Positions 49,775 to 58,525 of a DNA stretch of 64,000 nucleotides are shown here, one piece after another; position 1 is the first letter of the stretch; every line of letters begins with the position of its first letter. The notes below the pieces were generated by a model, which was not told the DNA's origin, did no database searches, and saw only the letters and a list, made by a program, of their open reading frames with translations. The stretch is from Gemmatimonadaceae bacterium. GTDB lineage: Bacteria > Gemmatimonadota > Gemmatimonadetes > Gemmatimonadales > Gemmatimonadaceae. Made by a program: the position numbers and the translations under genes. Location: the NCBI GenBank assembly GCA_033763905.1, contig JANRJP010000100.1, positions 1-64,000 on the forward strand, in the 5' to 3' direction.

Positions 49775-50614
49775 ATGCGAACGACCGTGATTGCGACGTC
49801 CCGCCGCTGGCTCGAGGCGCTGGGCCTCTTCGGCCCCGTGTTCTGGCTCTGGCGAGTGCTCCGGGAGTGGTCGCCGGCCTTGGAACGGCGCAATCGCCAG
49901 CTCCGGGATGCCGCGCCGGCCGGCTCGCTGCCGATCCCGCCGAACGAGCTGATCTTCGCGGTGATGGCCAGCCGCGATGTGCAGGTCTTTCTCGACACCG
50001 GCGCGCGCTCCCAGGCGGCCATCGCGCGCATCTTCCGCGAGGCCGGACTCGAGCCCAGTCGCGCTGGCGCCATCCTCGACTTCGGCTGCGGCTGCGGCCG
50101 CGTCCTGCGGCACTGGCGCGGTGTGGTGCCCGATGGCGTCGTGCACGGCACGGACTACAATCCCGACGCCGTCGCGTGGGTCGCCGCCAACCTCCCGCAC
50201 GTGACCGCCGGCCGCAACGCGCTGGAGCCCCCGTTTCGCTACGGGCCGGCCACCTTCGACGCGGTCTACGCGCTGTCGGTTTTCACACACCTCACGGTGG
50301 AACTCGAAGCGGCGTGGCTCGCCGAGCTTGAGCGCGTCACCAAGCCGGGCGGCGTGGTCCTGCTGACGACGCAGGGCGATCACTACCGCCCCAAGCTCTC
50401 ACCGGCCGAACTCGCCGCCTACGATCGCGGCGACGTCGTGGTGCGACAGGCGTCGCTGGCGGGCTCCAACTGGTGCGCGACGTTTCATCCCGAGCCCTAC
50501 GTGCGTCGCGTCTTCGGACGTGCGTTCGATCTGATACGCTACGAGCCGGGAGGCGCGCCGGGCATCGTCGGACAGGATCTCGTGCTCTTGCGGCGACGGG
50601 CCGAATCCAGCTGA
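49775..50614 (+). CDS. Class I SAM-dependent methyltransferase
   Basis: ILDFGCGCGRV, FDAVYALSVFTHL, KPGGVVLLTT, QDLVLL. Confidence 0.92.
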   Translation: MRTTVIATSRRWLEALGLFGPVFWLWRVLREWSPALERRNRQLRDAAPAGSLPIPPNELIFAVMASRDVQVFLDTGARSQAAIARIFREAGLEPSRAGAILDFGCGCGRVLRHWRGVVPDGVVHGTDYNPDAVAWVAANLPHVTAGRNALEPPFRYGPATFDAVYALSVFTHLTVELEAAWLAELERVTKPGGVVLLTTQGDHYRPKLSPAELAAYDRGDVVVRQASLAGSNWCATFHPEPYVRRVFGRAFDLIRYEPGGAPGIVGQDLVLLRRRAESS

Positions 50615-50628
50615 CGCGACGTAGCGAG

Positions 50629-50702
50629 TGGTGCCGGTGGGACTTGAACCCACGACCGTGGGATTATGAGTCCCCTGCTCTAACCAACTGAGCTACGGCA
50701 CC
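50629..50702 (-). tRNA. tRNA with CAT anticodon (elongator Met or lysidine-modified Ile2); CCA not encoded
   Basis: Minus strand GGTGCCGTAGCTCAGTTGGTTAGAGCAGGGGACTCATAATCCCACGGTCGTGGGTTCAAGTCCCACCGGCACCA; G1:C72 is paired, so not the initiator. Confidence 0.93.
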
Positions 50703-50714
50703 GGTCGACGTAGT

Positions 50715-51416
50715 TTATCGCGCGGGCGAGCAGGCAACAAAGCTCTTGGCGAGCCCGAACATCCGTTCCGTGCGGATCTCGGCCCCGGGGAAGAGCGCCG
50801 AGAACTCGCCACGCGTCAGCAACCGGATTTCGTCCACGCGCGCCGCCGCCAAGGCCGGATCGCCGGGGGCGGAGTACCAGCCGGCGCGCCAGCGCGACGC
50901 GATGGCGATCCGCGCGGCCCGCGGCAACTGCGCAAAGCCTGGGAACAGGAAGTGCGGCTCGATCGGGAACCACTTGTTCGGCGTCTGCACCCAATACCGG
51001 CGCCCGATGCGGCGGACTTCCTCGGCCATCCGCTGCTGCTCGGCGCTACCACCCAAATGCTCGATCACCGAATTCGAGAACACGACGTCAAAGCTCTGGT
51101 CGGAGAACTCGGGCATTCGGCGGGCATCCCCGACGTGCAGCGTGGTGTCGGGCAAGGTGGCGACGCCGCTCGTGAGGTTCACGATCGTCAGCGACAGGCC
51201 GTGCGCCGCAGTGCGCCCCACGCTCCGCCAGTAGTTCTCGTCTCCGCCGACATCGAGAATGCGGACTGGTCGCGGCATCGGGCCGATCCACGCGAGGAAC
51301 TCGGCGAATCGACGTTGGCGCCCGCGCGCCGACCACGACGTGGGGTCGCGATGGTCCGTCCAGCGCCGCAGCACGGGCGTCGCGGCGCTCAGCGGCTGCC
51401 GAACACGGCGCGCCAC
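50715..51416 (-). CDS. Class I SAM-dependent methyltransferase (type 11-like)
   Basis: ILDVGG, GDAR..FSDQSFDVVFSNSVIEH, VQTPNKWFPIEPH; GTG start inferred. Confidence 0.9.
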   Translation of the reverse strand: MARRVRQPLSAATPVLRRWTDHRDPTSWSARGRQRRFAEFLAWIGPMPRPVRILDVGGDENYWRSVGRTAAHGLSLTIVNLTSGVATLPDTTLHVGDARRMPEFSDQSFDVVFSNSVIEHLGGSAEQQRMAEEVRRIGRRYWVQTPNKWFPIEPHFLFPGFAQLPRAARIAIASRWRAGWYSAPGDPALAAARVDEIRLLTRGEFSALFPGAEIRTERMFGLAKSFVACSPAR

Positions 51417-52969
51417 GCGCTGGTCGGCTCCCACTGCACCCGCACACGCCCCGCGGGTCGCACGGTGTTCGAGCCGGGCACATAGCCAAGCGACGTGACA
51501 CGGTTGACGCCGACATCGGCGACCACCTCGAACTGCGGGCCGGCGTAGAGCGTGCTCTCGATCGCCAGCCGCGCGATCGTCATTACCGGCCCCTGCAGAA
51601 TGCGCGGCGTGGTCGGCCAGGCCGCCTCGGCGGGGAAGGGATTCCGGTAGGTGCCCGTGCCCTGCCACCGCACGGCCACGTACGGCCGGAACGTGCCCTG
51701 CGGCAGCACGGCCAGATCGGCCCCGAGCCGCACCTCGCGATAGTCGGTGAAGCCGCGGCCGAGGGAGACGAAGTCGGTGGTGTACACGTCGTTCGCGGTC
51801 ACGTTGCGGTACGTGAGGTTGGAGATCTCGGTCACGCTGGCGAACCAGCGATGGGCGCCCGCGAGGGGGAGTCCGTCCGCCGTCACGGTCACACCGTACA
51901 TCCAGGGCTTCGGTGTGTCGCCATCGAGTTGCACGTCATCCGCGAAGGTCTGCGCCGCGAACAGCCCGAACGAGGTCGGGACCGCCACATCGAAGGCCAC
52001 GTTGAGATTCGCGGCTTCGCGGTCGTTGTAGAGGCTCAGGTAGCCCGGAATGAACGGGTTGGAGAGCCCCCACTCGAACTGTCGGCCCGGCCCGGAGTAC
52101 ACCACCGATTCACTCAGACCGAGTTCAACGCCACGCACGCGCCCCCCGATCCGTCGCGCGGTGAGCCACCGGCTGTCCGGGCCGTAGTCCGTCAGTCGCG
52201 CGGTCATCCACGTCATCCGGAATCGCTCGTCGCCAATGCGCGCCATCACGTGGTCGTAGCTCCACGCCGCACGGCCGAGCAGCATCCCGTCGTACGCGCT
52301 CGGGCCCCAGTTGCGGCTCAGTCGGCCCGCGAACAACTCGAGCATCGGCAGTTGCACCGCCGCGTACGCCTCCTCCGCGCGACCCGAGACGCCGAGTCCG
52401 CCGCCGGGCGTTCCGGCAAGACCGCCGCCGAAGCCGGCGTACTCGGGGTCGTCGCGGAGTGCATTGTCGCCGCGGAGTCGGAACGCCGCGACGAGTGGGC
52501 CCCGACCGAGCAACGCGCGCGCATTGAGGCCGGGATGGAGACCGGCTGTGCTGTCAGCCAGCATCAACTCGCGCAGACCGCTCGACTGACCTGTCGCCAT
52601 CGCACCGACGTGCACCTTGAGCGTGACCGCGTCCGAGTCCTCCGTCGGGACCAGCGCATACTTGCCCACCGCCTGCGTCACCCGCGCCACCCAGCGACGG
52701 ATGACCGATGGCGCGGCGACGGTATCGATCGCGGCGAGGGCCTGCTGCACCTGCGCGACCGTGTACGGGCGCTCCAAGGCCGGCAGCGACGGCACGTAGC
52801 CACGGCGTTGCAGGGCATCCAGCAGCCCGTACGCGGGATCGTCGACCGGCAGATACGCCGATGCCATCGCCGGCGCACGCGACGACTGCGCGCGGGCCGT
52901 GCACGGCAGCAGCAGCCCCAGCGCGCCAACAAAGGCGGCGAGACCGTGGACGATCCGCGCGCGGCTCAC
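51389..52969 (-). CDS. Outer-membrane beta-barrel, capsule assembly Wzi-like
   Basis: Signal peptide, helical N-domain (LDALQRRG..ERPYT), GRLSRNWGP, ELGLSESVVY; located in the glycan locus; GTGA overlap with hldA. Confidence 0.65.
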   Translation of the reverse strand: MSRARIVHGLAAFVGALGLLLPCTARAQSSRAPAMASAYLPVDDPAYGLLDALQRRGYVPSLPALERPYTVAQVQQALAAIDTVAAPSVIRRWVARVTQAVGKYALVPTEDSDAVTLKVHVGAMATGQSSGLRELMLADSTAGLHPGLNARALLGRGPLVAAFRLRGDNALRDDPEYAGFGGGLAGTPGGGLGVSGRAEEAYAAVQLPMLELFAGRLSRNWGPSAYDGMLLGRAAWSYDHVMARIGDERFRMTWMTARLTDYGPDSRWLTARRIGGRVRGVELGLSESVVYSGPGRQFEWGLSNPFIPGYLSLYNDREAANLNVAFDVAVPTSFGLFAAQTFADDVQLDGDTPKPWMYGVTVTADGLPLAGAHRWFASVTEISNLTYRNVTANDVYTTDFVSLGRGFTDYREVRLGADLAVLPQGTFRPYVAVRWQGTGTYRNPFPAEAAWPTTPRILQGPVMTIARLAIESTLYAGPQFEVVADVGVNRVTSLGYVPGSNTVRPAGRVRVQWEPTSAWRAVFGSR

Positions 52970-53961
52970 GCGTGATCTCGCGCAAAGGCCGCGAGCACTT
53001 CGGCGGGCGCGACGCTCGCCGCACCGAACTTGCCGACCTGCACGCCGGCCGCGTAGTTCGCGATCTCCGCGGCCTCCGCCACGGACGCGCCCGCCGCAAG
53101 CATCACCGCCAGCCACGCCGTCACGGTGTCGCCCGCGCCCACCACGTCGAAGACTTCGCGCGCGCGTGTCGGGATGCGCATCGGCGGCTGTTCACGCGAG
53201 AACAGCGCCATCCCTTGTTCGCTCAAGGTGAGCAACAGGTGTTCACAGCCCAGCCGATCGAGCGCCGCCGGCACCGCGTCGGGGTGTGCCAGATCGACCG
53301 CCGCGCCCAGCGCCTGCTCGAGCTCGCGCCGATTCGGCTTGAACACCGTGGCCCCGCGGAACGCAAAGAAGTTCTTGAACTTCGGATCGACGATCACCGG
53401 CAGGTGGCGTCGCCGCGCGGCGGCGAGGGCGGCGTCGATCACTGCCGGCACGATCACCCCCTTGTTGTAGTCCTCGAAGACCAATGCGTGCGCATCCGCA
53501 ACCGCCGTCTCGGCGGCGGCGATCACGGCCGCGACATCGGCGCCGACCAGATCGTGGTCGTGCTCCTCGTCGTAGCGCAGCAGTTGCTGGTTGCGCGCGA
53601 CGAGTCGCGTCTTCGTCGTCGTCGGGCGATCGGTGCCCACCAGACCTCGCGGCACCGTGCCGGCATCACCGAGGAGCTGACCGAGCCGCTCACCCGTGCG
53701 GTCTCGACCGACCGCGGCGACGAGTTCGCACTGCGCGCCAAGGGCGAGGACGTTCTGCACCACGTTGGCGGCACCCCCCAAGGCCTCGCGTCGCTCACGC
53801 ACCCGAAGGACCGGCACCGGCGCCTCGGGCGAGATGCGCTCGACGTCGCCCTTGAGGTAGACGTCGAGCATCGCATCGCCGATGACGGCGACGCGGATGC
53901 CGCGCGCGGCGGACAGGAGGTCCGTAAGGCGGCCGGAGCTGAGCGGAGCAGGACGAATCAT
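52966..53961 (-). CDS. rfaE1: D-glycero-beta-D-manno-heptose-7-phosphate kinase (HldE kinase domain only)
   Basis: GDAMLDVY..GDVERISPEAPVPV, GGAANV, DYNKG, VDPK, FDVVGAGDTV. Confidence 0.95.
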   Translation of the reverse strand: MIRPAPLSSGRLTDLLSAARGIRVAVIGDAMLDVYLKGDVERISPEAPVPVLRVRERREALGGAANVVQNVLALGAQCELVAAVGRDRTGERLGQLLGDAGTVPRGLVGTDRPTTTKTRLVARNQQLLRYDEEHDHDLVGADVAAVIAAAETAVADAHALVFEDYNKGVIVPAVIDAALAAARRRHLPVIVDPKFKNFFAFRGATVFKPNRRELEQALGAAVDLAHPDAVPAALDRLGCEHLLLTLSEQGMALFSREQPPMRIPTRAREVFDVVGAGDTVTAWLAVMLAAGASVAEAAEIANYAAGVQVGKFGAASVAPAEVLAAFARDHA

Positions 53962-53966
53962 TCGGC

Positions 53967-53974
53967 TAAACTTA
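53967..53974. promoter_or_regulatory. Overlapping divergent -10 hexamers
   Basis: Plus-strand TAAACT (53967-53972) lies 9 nt before ATG 53982; minus-strand TAAGTT (53974-53969) lies 7 nt before ATG 53961; the intergenic gap is only 20 bp. Confidence 0.6.
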
Positions 53975-53981
53975 CTCCGCT

Positions 53982-54905
53982 ATGGCCCAACTCACGACCA
54001 CGTCGACGCGCCGCGCGCCGTCCACGGCCACCGCGGTGTCGGTGCTTGCTGGGGCGGTGTTGGCGCTGTCGGTCGCCGCGCCGTTGGTGCGGTTGGCCCA
54101 CGCGCCACCACTGGTCGTCGCGACGTGGCGATTGGGGCTCGCGGTGCTCATCGTCGCTGGGCTCGCGTGGACGACTGGGACGTGGCGGCAGTTGCAGCGC
54201 CTGTCGCGTCGCGACGTGGGGTTGGGCGTGACCGCAGGCATCGCGCTGGCGGCGCACTTCTGGTCGTGGATCGCCTCCCTGGGGATGACCAGTGTGGCGG
54301 CGTCGGTCGTGCTGGTGAATCTCCAGCCGGTGTTCGTGGCGGCCGGCTCCGCGTGGTGGCTCGCCGAGCGACCGACGTCGCGACAGTGGAGCGGCGTTCT
54401 GTTGGCCGCGCTCGGCGCCGTGGTGGTGGGCGCCGGGGATTGGCACGCGGCGCCATCGACGGGCGCGCTCGGCGGGCGGGCACTGCTGGGCGACGCGCTC
54501 GCGCTGGTCGGCGCGGTGACGGCCGCCCTGTACTACCTCATCGGCCGCCGGCTGCGGACGTCGCTCGACTTGTGGCCGTATACGACGCTGGTGTACGGGA
54601 GTTGCTTCGCGACGCTGCTCGCCGCCGCGGCGGCGACTGGGGCGCCGCTCTGGCCGCTGCCGTCGGGGGATCTCGCGATCTTCGTCGGATTGGCGGCCGG
54701 GCCGATGCTCATCGGACACACCGGGATGAACTGGGCGCTGGCGCACTTGCCGGCCTACGTGGTGAATCTCACGGTGCTGGGGGAACCGATCGGCGCCACG
54801 CTGCTGGCCTGGTGGATCCCATCGATCGGCGAGGCCCCCGGCGTCGCGACCGTGGCGGGCGGTGCACTTGTGCTGGCGGGGGCGATCCGCACGGCGCGCC
54901 GCTGA
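53982..54905 (+). CDS. DMT/EamA family transporter
   Basis: About 10 TM segments in two EamA repeats; HFWSW..SL..TSVA, GHTGMNWAL, LGEPIGA. Confidence 0.92.
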   Translation: MAQLTTTSTRRAPSTATAVSVLAGAVLALSVAAPLVRLAHAPPLVVATWRLGLAVLIVAGLAWTTGTWRQLQRLSRRDVGLGVTAGIALAAHFWSWIASLGMTSVAASVVLVNLQPVFVAAGSAWWLAERPTSRQWSGVLLAALGAVVVGAGDWHAAPSTGALGGRALLGDALALVGAVTAALYYLIGRRLRTSLDLWPYTTLVYGSCFATLLAAAAATGAPLWPLPSGDLAIFVGLAAGPMLIGHTGMNWALAHLPAYVVNLTVLGEPIGATLLAWWIPSIGEAPGVATVAGGALVLAGAIRTARR

Positions 54906-54921
54906 CAGGGTAGCTTTCGGA

Positions 54922-55935
54922 ATGTCCACGCTCGAGCTCGACATCGTCGTCACCCGAGGGGCCGTGGTCGAGTCGCGGCATCGCGTGCACGGCGTCGTGT
55001 TGGCGCTCGACGGCCATCTCGTCGCGCAGGCGGGCGACCCGATGCTGGTCACCTGGTGGCGGTCTTGCGCCAAGTTCTTTCAGGCGATGCCGTTTCTGGA
55101 GAGCGGCGGATTCGATGATCTCGGCTGGGGCCACCGCGAGTTGGCCTTGGCCTGCGCCTCCCACGGCGGCGAGCCCGAGCACGTGGCGGTGGCCGCCGCG
55201 ATGCTGCGCGATCTCGAGCTGGAGGAGGGCGATCTGGCCTGCGGGCCACACGAGCCGCTGTCGGCGCGCGGCGCACGGATCGCGCGCGAGAGCGGCGAGC
55301 GGCTCACGCGCTTGCACAACAACTGCTCGGGCAAGCACGCGGCGATGCTGGCCTCGGCGCGGGCGCACGGGGCCGAGACGGCGGGCTACGAGCGCATCGA
55401 CCACGCGGTGCAGCGGGCGTGCACGACGGCCGTCGCTGTGTGGACCGGCCTGCCATCGGAGCGCTTGCTGACCGCGATCGACGGGTGCGGGGTCGTGGTC
55501 TACGGGCTGCCGCTGGTGCATATGGCGCAGGCGTACTCTCGCTTGGGCGCAGCGGCCGAAAAGGGCAGCGAGATCCCGTCGCGCCTGCTCGCGGCGATCC
55601 GCGCCGAGCCGCACCTGTTCGGCGGCACCGAGCGCTTCGATACCGTGCTGCTCGAGGAGACGGCGGGGCAGGTAATCGCCAAAGTCGGCGCGGAGGGCGT
55701 GCACACCGTCTCGATTCCGTCGCGCGGCTGGGGGCTATGCATCAAGGTCGAAGACGGCGCCTTGCGCGCGCAACACGCCGCGGTGCTCTGCGCCTTGCAG
55801 CAGCTCGGCATCCTGCCTGATCCGCTCCCGGCGCGACTGGCCGAGTTTCTCTCACGCCCGATCCGCAATACGCGGGGCGAAGTGGTCGGGCAGATCCTTC
55901 CTGCGGCGCACTGGGCCGCAACCGAACGCTCCTGA
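54922..55935 (+). CDS. L-asparaginase II (class 3, Rhizobium etli-type)
   Basis: VESRH, RSCAKFFQA, CASHGGE, HNNCSGKH, DGCG, KVGAEGV, KVEDG. Confidence 0.92.
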   Translation: MSTLELDIVVTRGAVVESRHRVHGVVLALDGHLVAQAGDPMLVTWWRSCAKFFQAMPFLESGGFDDLGWGHRELALACASHGGEPEHVAVAAAMLRDLELEEGDLACGPHEPLSARGARIARESGERLTRLHNNCSGKHAAMLASARAHGAETAGYERIDHAVQRACTTAVAVWTGLPSERLLTAIDGCGVVVYGLPLVHMAQAYSRLGAAAEKGSEIPSRLLAAIRAEPHLFGGTERFDTVLLEETAGQVIAKVGAEGVHTVSIPSRGWGLCIKVEDGALRAQHAAVLCALQQLGILPDPLPARLAEFLSRPIRNTRGEVVGQILPAAHWAATERS

Positions 55936-55948
55936 TCGCGATCTTTCG

Positions 55949-56599
55949 ATGACACGACACGCCACGGTTGCGGTCACTCTTCCCGCGTTGGACGTCGAGA
56001 CCCGCTCGCTGGTGCTGGTCTCGGCGGCGATCTGCGGCGGCAGCGAAGCCGACGCGCGCGAGGCGCTCTCGGCGGCCCACTCGGCGGGGACGAATGCGAA
56101 TTGGGTCGAGGAGGTGCTCTTGCAGTCGTATCTCTTTGCCGGATTTCCGCGCGCGCTCAACGCGATGCGCGAGTGGCGGCGAATCAGCGGTCGGCCCGCG
56201 CCGGCGAGCGACGCGCCGTCCGATCCGTCGAACGCCGCGCAATGGGTCGTCGACGGGGAGCGCACCTGCGCGACCGTCTACGGCGAGTTCTACGAACGGC
56301 TCCGGCACAACATCACCGGGCTGCACATCGCGCTGGATCGTTTCATGATCACCGACGGCTACGGCAAGGTGCTGAGCCGGCCGGCGCTCGACCTGGCGCG
56401 GCGCGAGCTGTGCGTGGTCGCGGCGTGCGCGGTGCAACGGCAGGACCGGCAGCTGCACAGCCACCTGCACGGCGCGCTGAATGCTGGCGCGTCGGTGGCG
56501 GCGATCAGCGACGCCATCGATCTGCTCCGACCGCATCTCGGCGACGATGACCATCGTCGCTACTCCCTCTTGTGGCGCCGCGTCCGCGGCGATTCCTGA
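55949..56599 (+). CDS. Carboxymuconolactone decarboxylase / AhpD-like family protein
   Basis: Two CMD-like repeats: LQSYLFAGFPRALNA and YGKVLSRPALDLARRELC..QLHSHLHGALNAG. Confidence 0.85.
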   Translation: MTRHATVAVTLPALDVETRSLVLVSAAICGGSEADAREALSAAHSAGTNANWVEEVLLQSYLFAGFPRALNAMREWRRISGRPAPASDAPSDPSNAAQWVVDGERTCATVYGEFYERLRHNITGLHIALDRFMITDGYGKVLSRPALDLARRELCVVAACAVQRQDRQLHSHLHGALNAGASVAAISDAIDLLRPHLGDDDHRRYSLLWRRVRGDS

Positions 56600-56603
56600 A
56601 CCA

Positions 56604-57623
56604 ATGTTCATTGATCTCGTCACCGTTCGCGTGACCGCCGGCACTGGCGGGTCGGGCGCGCAGTCGTTCCGCCGTGAGAAGTTCGTGCCGATGGGGGGCC
56701 CCGATGGCGGCGAAGGGGGCAAGGGGGGCGACGTCCTGGTGCGCGGCGACGCGAACCTGTCCACGCTACTCGACTACACCTATCGCGATTCGTGGCAGGC
56801 GGAACGGGGCGAACACGGCAGCGGCTCGAACCGCACCGGACGCTCCGGCGACGACGTCGTCCTGCCGGTGCCTCCCGGGACCATCGTCCGCGACCGCGAG
56901 ACCGGCGAGGTGCTCTGCGAAGTGCTCACCGACGGGGAAGAACACGTCGTCGCCAAGGGCGGTCGCGGCGGCAAGGGCAATTCGTTCTTCGCGACGGCCA
57001 CGCACCAGTCGCCGCGCGAGTGGCAGCCCGGCGAAGAAGGCGAGCACCGGCTCCTCGAACTCGAACTCAAGCTCATCGCCGATGTCGGCCTCGTCGGGAA
57101 GCCGAATGCCGGCAAGAGCACGCTGCTCTCGGTGATCTCGAAGGCGCGTCCGAAGATTGCCGATTACCCGTTCACGACCCTGTCGCCCAACCTCGGCGTC
57201 GTCCCGCTTAGCGATTCCCGCACCTTCGTGGTCGCCGACATTCCGGGCATCATCGAGGGCGCGCACGAAGGGAAGGGCTTGGGCATCCAGTTCCTGCGGC
57301 ACATCGAACGGACGCGGATGCTCGCCGTGATGATTCCGATCGACGAAATGGACTGGCAGGCGGAGTACGACACGTTGCGCGCCGAGATCAAGGCGTACTC
57401 CGAGGAACTCGCGCGAAAGCCGCATTGCGTCGTCTTTACGAAGCTCGACCTCCTCGGTGAGCACTACGTCCCCCCGATCGACGCACCGGACGCCTTCGGG
57501 TGCTACGCGATCTCCGCCGCCGGCCGCGTCGGGCTCGAAGAACTCAAGGACGCGTGGTGGACGAGGCTCCTCGAGATGCGCAAGGCCGCGCAGGCCGGCG
57601 CGATCCGCGAGGACCTCCCGTGA
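56604..57623 (+). CDS. obgE: GTPase ObgE/CgtA
   Basis: MFID, FRREKFVPMGGPDGG, LELKLIADVGLVGKPNAGKST, YPFTTL, DIPGIIEGA. Confidence 0.98.
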   Translation: MFIDLVTVRVTAGTGGSGAQSFRREKFVPMGGPDGGEGGKGGDVLVRGDANLSTLLDYTYRDSWQAERGEHGSGSNRTGRSGDDVVLPVPPGTIVRDRETGEVLCEVLTDGEEHVVAKGGRGGKGNSFFATATHQSPREWQPGEEGEHRLLELELKLIADVGLVGKPNAGKSTLLSVISKARPKIADYPFTTLSPNLGVVPLSDSRTFVVADIPGIIEGAHEGKGLGIQFLRHIERTRMLAVMIPIDEMDWQAEYDTLRAEIKAYSEELARKPHCVVFTKLDLLGEHYVPPIDAPDAFGCYAISAAGRVGLEELKDAWWTRLLEMRKAAQAGAIREDLP

Positions 57624-57633
57624 GCGTCCGGTC

Positions 57634-58509
57634 GTGAACCTGGCGGCCCCGCAGCTGGCGGTGGCCGAGTTGTCGCGCGCGTCCGGCGCGTACCCGGAAC
57701 GCCTGCGCGCCCTCGAGTCGCCGCCCGAGCTCGTGTATCTGCACGGGCGCCTGCCCGACCCGGGCGCGCCCGCCGTCGCGATTGTCGGCACGCGGGAGGC
57801 GACCGCGTACGGCCTGCGCGTCGCCGAGCAACTCGCGGCGAGCTGTGCGCGCGCGGGCGTGGCCGTGATCTCGGGGCTCGCGCGTGGCATCGACGGGGCC
57901 GCGCATCGCGGCGCGCTCGAGGCCGGTGGCCTCACCGTCGGGGTCGTCGGTGGCGGCGTCGATGTGGTGTCGCCACCGCGGCACGCGGCCCTGCACGCAC
58001 AGATCGCCTTGACCGGCGGCCTGCTGTCGGAGTGGGCGCCCGGCACCCCCGCGCGACCATTCGCGTTTCCGCGCCGGAACCCGTTCATCGCCGCGCTGGC
58101 TGATGTCGTCGTGGTGGTGGAGGCCGGTCGCAAGAGCGGAACCCACGGCACCGTCGACGTCGCGCTCGCCCTCGGCCGGACCGTCGCCGCCGTGCCCGGG
58201 CCGATCGACAGTCCGCAGAGTGCCGGGACGAATCTGCTGTTGCGCGACGGTGCGAGCTGTATTGCGTCGCCGGATGATCTGCTGGCCCTCGCCGGCGCGA
58301 CGCCGCGCGCCACCCGCGACCCGTCGGCGGAGTTCGAGCCTGATGAACGCGTCGTGTGGGAGGCCTTGGGCCAGCACGCCCTCGACGCCGAGTCGCTCGC
58401 GACGACCACCGGCATCGGGGCGCGGCAGGCAATGGCAGCGCTCGCGTCGCTCGAGCTCCGCCGCGTCGTGCACGCCGATTGGGCGGGCGTGTACCGTCGC
58501 GCCCTGTAA
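57634..58509 (+). CDS. dprA: DNA-processing protein DprA (short form, no N-terminal SAM domain)
   Basis: YPERL, VAIVGTR, SGLARGIDGAAH, FPRRN, VVEAGRKSG, AVPG, GTNLLLRDGA, C-terminal winged helix. Confidence 0.93.
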   Translation: MNLAAPQLAVAELSRASGAYPERLRALESPPELVYLHGRLPDPGAPAVAIVGTREATAYGLRVAEQLAASCARAGVAVISGLARGIDGAAHRGALEAGGLTVGVVGGGVDVVSPPRHAALHAQIALTGGLLSEWAPGTPARPFAFPRRNPFIAALADVVVVVEAGRKSGTHGTVDVALALGRTVAAVPGPIDSPQSAGTNLLLRDGASCIASPDDLLALAGATPRATRDPSAEFEPDERVVWEALGQHALDAESLATTTGIGARQAMAALASLELRRVVHADWAGVYRRAL

Positions 58510-58525
58510 GCGGAACGGTCGTCCG

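Noticed and set aside
49570..50702. Integrative element or prophage at the tRNAs
   Set aside because: No integrase, phage genes or duplicated tRNA 3' end was found in the window.
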